A stretch of 62,324 bases of DNA, counting the filler, from Choristocarpus tenellus KU-1152 (taxonomy: Eukaryota > Protista > Phaeophyceae): NCBI GenBank assembly GCA_964200185.2. It is 9 parts of 9 records of this genome, joined end to end, with 100 filler letters (N's around TTAATTAATTAA, not from the genome) between each part and the next. Parts side by side here need not be neighbours in the genome. Positions count along the whole stretch, not along the records: positions 17,002 to 28,588 come from CAXNAD020002232.1; positions 28,689 to 35,970 come from CAXNAD020006414.1; positions 36,071 to 38,768 come from CAXNAD020025543.1; 6 more parts are not named here. One strand, given 5' to 3'. The first letter of the stretch is position 1. Every line of letters begins with the position of its first letter. Shown one piece after another: positions 23,913-36,094 of the stretch. Made by a program: the position numbers and the translations under genes. A model generated the notes under the pieces. The model saw only the letters and a program-made list of their open reading frames with translations. It did not search any database and was not told the origin of the DNA.

Positions 23913-26265
23913 ATGGTGCATCCTCTGCGGTTTGCATTGGTCTCCTTTGTCCTCGTCTTACGGCACTGTCATGCCTTCACCTCCATATCAGGTTGTATCT
24001 CTTCTTCTTCATCATACGGATTATGGAGAGGGAATATCAACTGGGTCAAACTAAAGCCAATAGGCAACCCATGCTGTGCATTGAATTCTCAACAGAGAGC
24101 ATCAACGTATTGTGAGTGGAACTGACTTATGCGCACGAAATATTCACGTTGCGTTGAACCTTAAAAAAAGCAGCGTTGATATAATCCCCGAAAATATCCT
24201 CTGTCGCGTTTCAATTGGATGGGGATAGACAGGGCAGGAAAGATCTCCCTAAAGACCTTTGCAACACTTGCAAGGCTGTCTTCCTTTGAAAGGATGGTCT
24301 TCCTCTGGAATAACCCCTTCTCTGTATCTGTACGTACAATTTGCCTACAGCGCGTTTAAAGATGGCCCCGTCCAACGAGGAAGAGGAAGAACAGGAAGAC
24401 CCACGTTTTTTCTCCTTGAGGATCTCTCGATCGACAGGCATTGACTTCAGCACAAACCTCAGCTTTAAGTGGGTCTACGTGGGGGGAATGGACCCATCTG
24501 GTTCAGCTGCGGCATCTGGAAAGATCAATCTTGGAGATCAGGTGACTAACGCCATGAGTCCTTGCTTTCCAACTCTTGGGTCCAGGCAAGTGGACCGCGA
24601 ATCCGTCAACAACCCCAACCTGTAGTTTGGATGACCCCCTCTCTTACCCCTGTGCCCCTCTTTTCGTCACTGAACTAAGCTCGTGGCAATCAATGGTGAA
24701 CCTATGGCCGGTGCTCCATTCGACTATGCCATGAGTGCCATGGGGAAGCTGGAGGGCAGTGATGTGGAATTTACCTTTTTTCGTGGAAGCACAGCAGAGT
24801 TGCAAGATGTTCTTGGTAAGGAAGTAGATACACAGCCTCGCATAAACTGGTATTAGAGGATTAGGAGGGGGATAATACACTACGTGAATCGCCCTGCCTG
24901 TGGACTTTGGACACGAATACCCAAGGGATACAGGACACGGTACAGTACAGCTGCAATACTTTCGGTTTGATGTTCCCGTTCTCCTGACGACAGAGCTTGA
25001 AGCAACAGACTGGCACCGACTCTCCCACTCGCACTGCAATAACTTGACATGCATTTCCCCCTCCCGCCATTAAATTCTTTGCAGGTACCACCCCAATGCC
25101 AGAGGTAGTGAAGGTGAAGGTTAAGCAGCAGGGAAAGCCAGACCTTACACTCACAGCGCCCACCGGGGTTAACCTGCGGAACCTCCTTGTGGAGAATGGC
25201 ATAAACGTGTACCAGTCTATCACCCGCTGGACCAACTGCAAGGGGAAGCAGCTGTGCGGGTGTGTGAACTTGCTGAGCCACAATGCCCATCTTGGGTCAT
25301 GTGGTGTATAGATGGTTCTGGTGATGCAAGCAATTGTCTAATGCACCAGAAACATGCAAACCCATCAAAAGACCCCTCTGCCGTTGTTTATATTCTACGG
25401 TAGAAGTGCACTGCCATTGTTCCTGCAAGATGTGTACTATATGTGACAATATATCAGCGCATACTTCTCTCTGGCACATACACTCCTCACTCTGTTACAA
25501 ATCTTTGATGTTTTCCACCCGTCAACGTTACCCAACTTTGATGGACTTCATGTGCTAAAGGGGCAGTGTGACAGTTGTGGGGGGGAGGAATACTGAAACT
25601 GTTGTACAGACGGTTGCTGCACTCTAGGAGGTCATTTGTAAGGTTCATAGGCCCAGCTCTGATTTGTGCTTTATATTTCAGCATGGTCATTCTTAGTGTT
25701 TGGTCTACCCTTGAGTTGAAGGGCACGCGTGCCATTATCTCCTTGAGATTCATTGCAGCAGGCATATACTACCCCATGCAACAGAGCACTACAAGAACTT
25801 ATTGAAGAGTGTGCTCTATCTCTAATGAACGACCTTAGTGCAACCTTTCTCAAAGCAAATACTATGCAGTGCAAAATACCAACAATGACCTTATATTCGA
25901 CCGAGAACATGCGTTGTTTATGAATATAACCCATCCTGAGATGGATGCAATTCCAGTGACTGAACAAGGCAATTAAGGTGCATTTTCACCAACCCTGTGC
26001 CTCTCCCTCCCTGCCCCTGGCTTTACCGACCTTGCCACATCCAAACTAATAGCATCCTCTTCTTCCCTTCCCCTCCTTGCTCAGGACCTGCATAGTAGCA
26101 ATTGAATCTGGCTTGGAGGATTGCACTCTGAAGGCGATTGATGAGCAGTCAACACTACGGGACAATCCTCCCAACTACCGCCTCTCATGTGTGACAGATA
26201 TATATGGAGATGTAGTCGTATCAATTTTCCCCCCAATTGGAGCAGCACAATGGACCAAGACTTGA
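23913..26265 (+). CDS. Plastid-targeted PDZ-like domain + [2Fe-2S] ferredoxin protein, 293 aa
   Basis: Exons 23913-24111, 24351-24541, 24680-24815, 25085-25259, 26085-26265 in frame. The signal peptide ends CHA-FT (ASAFAP-like). PDZ-like segment: GIDF...VYVGGMDPSGSAAASGKINLGDQLVAING. Ferredoxin segment: NLRNLL...NCKGKQLCGTC...RLSC. Confidence 0.88.
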
Positions 26266-28520
26266 GCGCAAAGATGAAGTGCAATTATTGGTGGGGTGTC
26301 TGGTTTCTGGGGTTTCCATTTTTTCGTCTTTTTTTCTGCTGTTTTTTCCACCCTTGGAGTACTTTATTGTTTTGAAGTTTATATTTTTAATAGTCAAGAG
26401 CAGTACTTGACTATGAGAATGCTGTAATTAATAGTGTGGATGTTTTGTGCAGAGGACAATATATCTGTCAAAATCTCTATCCGGCTCTCTTTTGAACAGG
26501 TGGGGTTTGAGGGAGGACCATTGGTTTTGGAGGACACTCAACCTGCTCCCTCTCTGCTTGCCTTGAAATATTACGAGATTGTAGTAGATAGATATGTTCA
26601 GTGCACTCATCAAGAGTTGACTTGTATCAACTCTCAACTTTCTCATGCCAGGTGTCCCTCTACTGCAGTTTTGCTAGGGCGCACTATGTTATCCTCTTGG
26701 TGGATGCTGAAGTTTTCTAATTTCAGTTTGCAAATAAAGGGTAATCTGGAGAGTCGTGTCTTCCTGGGATATGTACAGAGAGGCACTGTTGGTATGATAC
26801 ACTCAACAACAAAAAACAGCAAGAAGTAATCAACCCGAAAGCTGTATTTACGCTTTGCACCACAGCAAGGTAAATATATGACTCAAGAGAGCACAACAAC
26901 GCTTAAAAGAATGGTGCATCTAGTTACACATCAAAATTGAACAAAAATGGATAATGCCCCATATTATGATCTGTCCGTGTTACTGTCCACAAGTCTTGGA
27001 TGTCAAGTCAACCGGCTCTGTTGGGAGCAACACGTGGAACTATTTGCACCTGCCCACGCTGTATGTACCACATCTAATTTTTGCATAAGGAGATGCTTTG
27101 AAATACTGTACACACCTAATATTTTTAGTACACATGAAGAATTAAGAATTAGTTATACACGTAATGAGAGAATGCGTGTAAGATGGTAGATTAGTGTTGG
27201 ATCAGAATATTGGAATTACATTATGTTGAAGAAACATTTTAGGAAATGTTTCTATCGGTGATAAATAGATCCCGTCGTGGAAGTGTGATCATGGAGACTA
27301 GAACCTAGCCCCACCTTTGTGTATGTTTCTCAATCTTCACTGTTAACTTAATAAAGCACATTGGAGGTATGGTACTACAAGTATCACAGAAAGGCGTAAC
27401 AAAACTGTATTACTAGTAGAAACTCATGCTCAAACCGAGGCATTTCTTCAAGGTACTTGTTGAGAGTCTCAACCACTATGCAACTGTGAGATTGTGTCAT
27501 GTTAGAGCCCAACAAAGCACATCCTTGCGTGATCTTTCCTACATGAGCATGTTGCTCTGTGTCAACCCTTCTATCCACTAGCCTGCCCACAACACCTTTC
27601 CCTATGCTCAACCAACTCCTGCCCCAAGTTCACTCCACCCGCATACAAAGTTGGAGTTTTTTTTCCTGATATAAACATCGTGCTGCTTCTAATTCGTTCT
27701 TCTGTTTGCTTTGATTGAAGTGTGTGTCCCTGTGATAGTTATACTACTACGTGTAAGTGTTTCTTTTGTCACCCCACTAAATACTAGAAATGTAATTTTC
27801 CTTGCATTTGCAGCGTACCCATTTTCTTCCACCATTAGTAGTAGCAGTAGTTAAAGTTTTGGACTGTATTTTTTATGACTGATACTTTTGCTATTCTCCA
27901 CATCCTTGGGTATTGGGAACTATCATACTCAAATGTGTGAAATAAAATTGTGCGAGATGGGAATTGTTAAGTAACTGCTGTAGAGGTTGTTCTGGATAAC
28001 AAATTAGATATTCCAAGTGTACTCCTTTCTGAAAAGGACGTTATATAGCATCTGGTCGAGAATATTTGCCTCAGCCTTGGATTTCACTAGCAGAATATGG
28101 TCAAGCGTTATATAGGTGAAGCTGGCATCGAGTATTTTATTATCCAGGCTGTGGTCTTTGTCGCCCCCGCATCCCTGTTCACTTTGTTTGATATCATGCC
28201 TGTGCAGGGTTATCTCTCCATACCCGGTACTGGCCGAGCTGTTCTGATGGGTACTGGATACTAGTTGCTTTTTTATATATCTCAACTTCATGATTTTCCA
28301 CGGCTTACAGTTATAGAGTAAGTAGTAGCACCCAGTTTTTCTGCTCCATATATTTATCGCCATGGTCATCACTCCATGCTGTTTTGTCATTGCATCGTGC
28401 TCCTCTAAAGCAGAAAACCAAGCAATCTACACTGTTCTAAACCCTCTTCCTATACCATCAATGGTTTAGTTTGCTGCGCTATGGCCCTGTTTTTAACGAA
28501 CTATGACTGTGCTGAGACCA

Positions 28521-28748
28521 GGGTCAAAGTATCTGGGGGGGGTGGCGGCTGTCCATTTGGGGTCAATTTTATGATGCCGCGATTTTTGNNNNNNNNNNNN
28601 NNNNNNNNNNNNNNNNNNNNNNNNNNNNNNNNTTAATTAATTAANNNNNNNNNNNNNNNNNNNNNNNNNNNNNNNNNNNNNNNNNNNNACATGAAAAAAT
28701 TGACCCCAAAGGGACAGCTGCCACCCCCCCCCCCAGGTACTTTGAGCC
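28521..28748. mobile_element. Two partial MITE B ends on either side of a linker; further partial B copies at 6763-6829, 16827-16901, 47169-47192, 57119-57209, 59221-59250, 62289-62324
   Basis: Each shows the family B terminus (consensus NNNTCAAAGTATCTGG, some with a mismatch) plus a G/C run; both sides of this linker carry the same end, so they are different copies. Confidence 0.8.
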
Positions 28749-29269
28749 TCACATATTCTTAAGGGCAATTTGACTGAAGGTGTACAACATTCCATGCTGT
28801 ACAAATTTGTGGTGAAATCAGTTGTCAAGTTCAACCTCGGTAGATGGGGAATTGGTCGCAACATAGTGTCTTCGCATTTACAAACTATACATCGCAGGGG
28901 AAAATGAGAGCGAGGATCTATTCCACACCACGAGATGGACAAATATTGTTCGCGAAGTAGACAGTGTCTAACATTCAGCCACGACCGACATCTGATCACA
29001 GTTTCTTACTAGGAACTATTAACCTCATGTTGTCATTTTAATCACAAATTGATAATTTTAGGTTAATAACAATGACAATTGTTATTTGTAGGTGTTTGTA
29101 GGTGTTATTATCCATTATCCACTTCAGTCTTATCTCGCGCGTAGTGGCGCGTCGTCTTCTTGTCCCAAACTTCTACCATAACCCATCCCAAACCCAATCC
29201 ATTCCCAACCAGGACTGGGCGGTGGGATTGGTGGGGGGACACGAAGGGTGAACAACTGAATCTGTAGCT

Positions 29270-31581
29270 ATGCAAGCAGATGCAGAGGAAAATGCGAACA
29301 CTTTGAACTTTGGGACTGAGTTCGAAAACGTGAGCTGTCTGTCCAATGCGGAGGTTGCTGTGGTGCTAGAGAAACAAAAGGAGACATACGAAATGAAGGA
29401 CATCAATGTCACTCCGTGAGTAGTATCTGGGAATACCCAATGCATCTTTAACCATTGTACGGTCAGCCCTCTTCAGAACACACTTTCGAGTAATGTGGGC
29501 AGGTCTCTCCTCCGAGTTTTCTTACATATCCTTGTTGTGGGATTGCAATCTTCTGGGGTAAAAGCTACGGCATGATTAATCTTTTGTCCATAGGCTCTGC
29601 AAATGGCAATTGCAAGCGCGTGGGAATCTCGTTTCGTACGGTCGACTGGGTTGCCATGGAAGACTCAACCAAGGATCGCATCGTTCTGTGCAATGATCAC
29701 TAAGAGCATTTTGTGTTTGAAAGTCGATCTATGTTTGCACCATCTAGCTACACCACTATCCCATTAACACCATCATTATTGATCGTCCACCTCTGCGCTT
29801 GGTCTGAACTACTCGAACTTGTCTCACGACGCCCTTTCATCATAGCTAGGGCGTTCGCAAAGACAATGACTTACACAAAACGATATGGAGGCTCAGGAGA
29901 CGCCAAGACTCAGATGATGGCCACAACAGAACTCAGAGAGTGAGCGACACCACTGAAAGGGCAGGATTAAATGAAGGAGTGAAATAGATCAAGGTTCTAA
30001 TCTTAAGGATTCTATTGTTCGCTGTTGTGAGATTAAGCATAGAAATGGATTGGTGACCTTGTTGTCAAGAATGAAAGTGCCTTTCGTGCATCATCTTATC
30101 ATTGTTTTGAACCTCTTCATCAGCTGTCGATCAGTCAGGTGACACCCAGAAAGACACAAGCATTTCGTCCTTGCGGTAACTTGGATTTATCGCGGGCCCA
30201 TTGATCACAATTACTCGAATCTGTGATTTCAACCATACAACATGTACCAAAGCGAAGAGATAACGCAGAGTCAAATCAATACAGCAATTGTTTATCTTCA
30301 TTTGGATTGTGCATCCAGTGTTGCAAAGGGGGGCATCATTGCCAAGTATCCTCTCCAGAAAATTTAAGGATTCACTAGCATGGTCGGTTATATTTCAGGG
30401 ATCACAAGGGGCTAGTGTTGGTGTCTACCTTACATGATTCCAATCACTATTGATAGGTCAGTTCAGAAAATAGGATATACAGGTGTGAAATGTTATTTCA
30501 TCTTTGTAGTCTTCCTTTCTTTTGTCTTTTGCATAGATAGACTCCATGGGTTGTGTCCTTCTTGTGTGAGTACGACATTGAAATATTCCATGATGTTAAG
30601 ATATTGCATTACCGATCACCCAGGATTAGGCCTGTGGGAATTCATGGACACTGTCGCACTTTGATATTGTTGCTCATTACCCTCCTACCATCTGCTCGAT
30701 CTTTTGATTTACCCATCCCTCCACTATGTTAGTAGTTATTTATGTTCCCCTTCACACTGCTTTATGTTGCCAGTGTCTATCAATGCATTGTGTCCTCCAA
30801 CCTCCAGCACTGTCAAGTACCCATCACAAACCCGACTTTTAACGTAATTTCCCAAGTCTTTTTGGTCTCTGCTCTTTTTCATACTCCTGGCAATGGGTTA
30901 TTTTATGCCAATATGTTCCTGAACTATGCTCAACTCTGAATATTTGGCAGCCAGACGTTGGGGGTTTGGCTTATTTATTCATCTAATCTTTCAACACTTT
31001 TAATATGTGTCCCTTCAAAAAGTTACTTTTTCAGAAGAGCAAAGTTTGCCTATTGTTTGGTGTGCTCTTCAATGTGATCCTCGTCACTTCCAACTTCCTT
31101 CTGTTAACTTGCCATGTCTATCTTGGTCTTGACTAGGGCTCTCACCCAGTTTGAGGCCTTCAATGATGGTGAGGTGGTGAAGCTGCAGCAGTTTGAGATG
31201 GCGCAGCTGGCTAATCTCATGCAAGCTGATAGTGAGGCAGAAGAGGTTAGGAAAAAAGGATCGTAAGGGTAGCTGTGGTAGGTGAATTAGAGATACGTAA
31301 TTACACCAAGGGAATCTCTGGTGTGTGTTGAGGTGCAGGAGTGCTATGGTGTGATGGCTACAGCAATCTAGTATTGCAGTTCCAAGTTGTGTGGATTTGT
31401 TTCCCGAAAAACTCTCTGTTGTTGTAGTCCTCACCCCCCCTGCTCTTCTGCCTAATCTGGTTGCCGTGTGCAGGCAATTGCGCTTATTCCTAGCCTTGGG
31501 AGTCGTTTTACAGAGGAGGACATCGAGAACATACTTGCCATCGTCCAGAAGCAGCAGCAGCAAGCCCGAATAGCTTTCTAG
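29270..31581 (+). CDS. RPB4: RNA polymerase II subunit RPB4, 150 aa
   Basis: Exons 29270-29415, 29850-29939, 31137-31245, 31474-31581: MQADAEENANTLNFGTEFENVSCLSNAEVAVVL...FAKTMTY...LQQFEMAQLANL...EEAIALIPSL, the conserved RPB4 motifs. Confidence 0.93.
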
Positions 31582-33952
31582 GGTCTCCTTTGCTTTTTTC
31601 TGTCCTTATGGCCCTACTCTAGAACTGATTCTGGTTCTCTCTCTGCATCCTTGGCTTACACAATCTTGCTTCACCTCCCCAGCCTCCTGTAATTAGATAG
31701 AAGACACAACAAATTTCTTGTAGAGTTTTGATGGAAGGTACCATGTAGTATAATCTCAAGAGCAAAGTATAATACCAACCTGTGGTCTTACCCACATGCA
31801 ATCGTTGGGTTTTTCTACTCTTATTTTTGTTAGTTGCGGTCTTGCCCTCTCTGTCCTGTGTGGCAACGCCTGTGCCATGCTAACTACTTTGGCAGTGAAT
31901 TGAGGCTGGTGGTGCTCATGGGATAGCTTGAACCACTGATGCATTATACTCATAGCCTACACAAACGACTGTCTTTGGGCAGAATCATCTTGCAACTTCT
32001 ATTGGCAGTCTTGATCGTATTTGCTGGTGCTGCATTATATGGAGCAGATGTTGCAACACTTCCGGAATGACCTACATCAAGAATTTTTGATCATCATTTA
32101 GCACAATAAGCACCTGAGAACTTTGATGAGGATAGAACAAAATCTGGTATGAGATTCAAATTATGTAAAAGAATGGAAAAAGAAACGCCTTGCGGACTTT
32201 GTTGTCCCCTTTTGGATTAAAGTAAAGTTCAAAATTTTGTAGCTTCTCTCGAGCAGACACTACATTTTGTTGACCAAAACTCGTGCAGTATTGATTACTA
32301 TGTACGAAATTTTGAAGTATTTGTTACACTCTGGAGCACTTTCAACAATGAAGCATTGATGCTATGATCACCTTAGTAGGAACAATATTAGCAGCTGCAA
32401 CCACAGCAATTGAGAATATTGGAGTCTTAACAGCAACAGCAGCATGCATGCATGACCTTCCTGAATAAACATACCCTACCAGGGTAACATCACACCCATA
32501 GCAGACCCTGCAATACCGTTTTATCACATACCCGTACTAAGTATATCATTCCAGCCATCCCAGTTGCCAGACACAACGACTGAGGCAAGTGTCCAATGTA
32601 GTTTGTAGTTTAACTATGGTGTTGTGTTCATCTCAAATGGAAACACCTGACCCGGTAGTTGTGAGAGTATCTTCACACATTTCCTTGACAAAACCATGGT
32701 AGTTAGAAAAAAACAACCACCGAGGACCTCAACAGTATGGCTCACCACCATGGTCAATTTTTCTGACAGTTTGTATCTGTTGGGGGCATAATTTGAAAAA
32801 TGTCGAAAATATACCACCTCACTCTTCAAAATTTCTCTATTCAGTCCCTTCCAGATAGGTAAGACTACAGATGTAAATCAATTGACGTGTATTTAGTTCT
32901 GGAGTTACTGGGGTCTAAGGTTGCACTGTAACCTTGGGGTAATGAATGTGGGACCTGGTGAGAAGACTGGTGGACATATATCACCATGTTGCCTGTTGAG
33001 GTGAACAAATGCTAAGCATCATTTGCCTCAATGGTTGATACTTCCATCAACAATGAACTCTTCCTTATCTTGTTCTAATTGACACTTGGAAAGGTAGAGA
33101 TGCCCCTGGAACCCTTTGACCAGACCTGATAATGTAGTCTCAGAAGCTTGACCCTAACCCAGTACTGTGGTGAAGTAGGATTTGAAGTGTGAAAGTGTCC
33201 AACCCTAGATGATTCATCCATGGCAATTCAAATAGTGTACCAGTAGCCTCACAGATAGCTTGTTCTGGGGATGATAAATAATTGATTACAAGAGCACGGA
33301 GAAAATGGTAACAAGGGGGGAGGCATGATCACTACCACTGTTGTCACTATTTCAAAACATTGCTGAATGTTCTTTGATGCTGTAGATTTTCACCATCACA
33401 GCACCTTACCTTAATAGCAGGCGACAAGAGTGGAGTGGTAAGCCTCTACTCCTTCCCCTCTGCTCCTACACATACAGCACATACGCACAGAAGAAGAGAG
33501 CAACACGACACACTAGCGATAATATCGTGTTGCCATATAATATAACATGATAATATTGCACTAGAAAATTTGCCAAAACAAAAATCAACTCACTGGGGAG
33601 TACTGTAGTTAGCTGCACCACTTCTGGTACTAACTCGACCACGAAGAACATTCCAAATAACTTTATTGATGACAAAGAAACAGAGGGCAATACAAAAAAG
33701 GAAAATCACGAAAAATGCAAGCATACTCTGCCTTTCCTAAGAGTCCCACAACACGCTTGCTTCACACACTATGGTGTCATCTCTCTCCAGCTCACACACA
33801 AGACCCAGCACACAAACAATTGTTCCTGAAGGATAAAATCACCCCAACAGGGAATGAAGAAAAGAGTTTTAGCAAGCGTGTAGAGTTACAACTGTGCCCC
33901 TGTTCTGCCAATGTTACCTCAACTCAAAACAATAATTAATACTATTTAACAT

Positions 33953-35881
33953 TCAAGAGCCTGCTTGCCCTTGATTCAGCCCCTCCACCTTCCTCTCTCC
34001 CTCCCTCTCCCGCCAAACTTCTCCAGGGAGAGTTTCTTGATCAAGGGATTGTTGTGGGGACCGAGGAATGGGTGGGAGAGGAGATGTGGGTTCACCAGAA
34101 CCAGGAAATACCTCCTGCATGAGACCGGGACAGGACTGATAGGTGTCCACCATTGCATAGGTGAGATCCCAGAGCTCTTTGCCAATGGTGTCCTCTCCAG
34201 GCTTAGGAGAAGAGGACCCAAAATCGGAATAGGAAGGTGGGGGGACAACAAAGGAAAGTTGTTGATGATTTAATAGCATCAACAATAACAAAAGATATCA
34301 ATGCAAGATATCAATGTAAGATTATTAACCGCAACAAAAAAATAAGAAAAATGTGTCGTTCATGTAGTCAAGTCATCATTGTGTGTGATAGTATATACTA
34401 CGGAAATTGAGTGGGGGTCTAATTCCTCTTACCGTCCACTGTCCTTCTGTGTCAGGTGGGATTCTGCGGTAACTGTTAGGGAGAGTCCGCTAAGAGATGG
34501 ATGAGCAAAAAACATCCGTCTCGTAGGTCAAACCAACTGCTGCAATGCCAGTAACACGGTATGGCATATTCACATACCTTTCCTTTTCAAAATATGTCTA
34601 GTAGTTGTGGATGAGATGTATGTATGTAGCGTCACTGGCAGAAAAGACTGACTACATCAATTCTTGCATCTAAAATGATTTATTCAAGTTTATGTGTGTG
34701 CGTGCGCGGGCGATTGCTGTGAAATCACAATCTACTCAAATCTAAAGCTCATAGAAGTACACTCTTAATAATTCGGCAAGCATCCCAACTAAGGGCAGGG
34801 CAGGGCAGGGCAGGGCATGAAAAGGATGGAAAACAAGAAGTTTCAATAAAAAATCGAATGTACCACTAACGTTTGGTGGGACATGCACCAACCACCCCCC
34901 AAGAACTGTACCTAATCCACCTCACAAGTCCACAGTGAGAGTCAGGGCAGTGCAACACATACACACTATGTTCATGAAGCACTTCGGGGATAACAACCGG
35001 GATGACCAGAGTGTGGGCTGAGGAAATCTTCGATAGTACTCACTGTGAATGCTCCTTCCTTATGCATCTCATTCAGCACAGCGCCTAGGCCCGCCTTGGC
35101 ACCATCAACAATATGCCCCGGGGTGTACATCTTTGGACCAAGCAGAACCTGCAGGCAGCTGAGGAACTGGTGACCACAACATGACATAAAAGTGAAATTT
35201 GACACAGGGCAGGATTAGGCTCACTAATGCGTGAGGGTTTGTTTGAGGGAACATAAAGGGTTTGGGTTGGTTCAGGGTTTCAAACGGAAGTGGGTGCATG
35301 CAGCCAGTACAAGCTACTATGGTAGGAAATATATGGTGGTACAATAGGGGACAACAGAAGGACAACATCAAAAGCATGAGCCCAATTCTGGCTCCACCCC
35401 CACTCGTACACATGAATGAAAGGCTTTGCAAGGTTCAGGAAGCAAGCACAAACACCAAAACAACACAGGACAACCCCCCCCCCCTCCCCCCCCCAACCCT
35501 TACACGCACCCTTTGCCACAGCTCGTGGAAGCAGTCAGCCTCAAGGAGAGATGGTAGGTGTTGCATAAACGACTTTGATACCAGCATCAGAGCCAACAGC
35601 GATGGACAAGGTGAGCCATCTCCCCCCCTCCCTCCACCTCCACCTCCACCATTACCTGCCCCTGCCCCTCCCCCCCTGCCCTCCTCCACAATTATGGGAT
35701 CTTGCTCAGAGTCTCTTTCTTGAGAAAGCAGCCTTTGCATCTCTGGCCCTCCCACCCCCTCCTGTTCATCACTGTCCTCTTCCTCCCCCTGTGCCCTCGA
35801 CTTCCCTTCTGCTAACAGTCCCATTCCTCCTTCTGCCCCTAGTGACTGTGGCGACCCCCCAGGACGTGGAGCCTCCACCAA
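33953..35881 (-). CDS. C-terminal exons of a GBF1/GNOM-like large ARF guanine-nucleotide exchange factor (5' part off contig)
   Basis: Exons ~35881-35510, 35148-35044, 34489-34433, 34201-33953 in phase 0. LVSKSFMQHLPSLLEADCFHELWQRVL...ELWDLTYAMVDTYQSCPGLMQEVFP resembles the GBF1 C-terminal pattern LLSKVFLQHL...F..LW...LW..TW..ID...P.L..ELF. Confidence 0.65.
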
Positions 35882-35936
35882 CTCGTAATCTTCACCGGGA
35901 GCATCCTCACCCTGCCCCCCCCCCCCCCCCCCCTCC

Positions 35937-35970
<34 letters not shown>

Positions 35971-36094
35971 NNNNNNNNNNNNNNNNNNNNNNNNNNNNNN
36001 NNNNNNNNNNNNNNTTAATTAATTAANNNNNNNNNNNNNNNNNNNNNNNNNNNNNNNNNNNNNNNNNNNNCCCCCCCCCCTTTCTGTTTGCAAG

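Noticed and set aside
27384-28390. Minus-strand ORFs (75 and 128 aa) as a possible transposase partner of the MITEs
   Set aside because: No recognisable DDE motifs or flanking TIRs; an HMM search would be needed.
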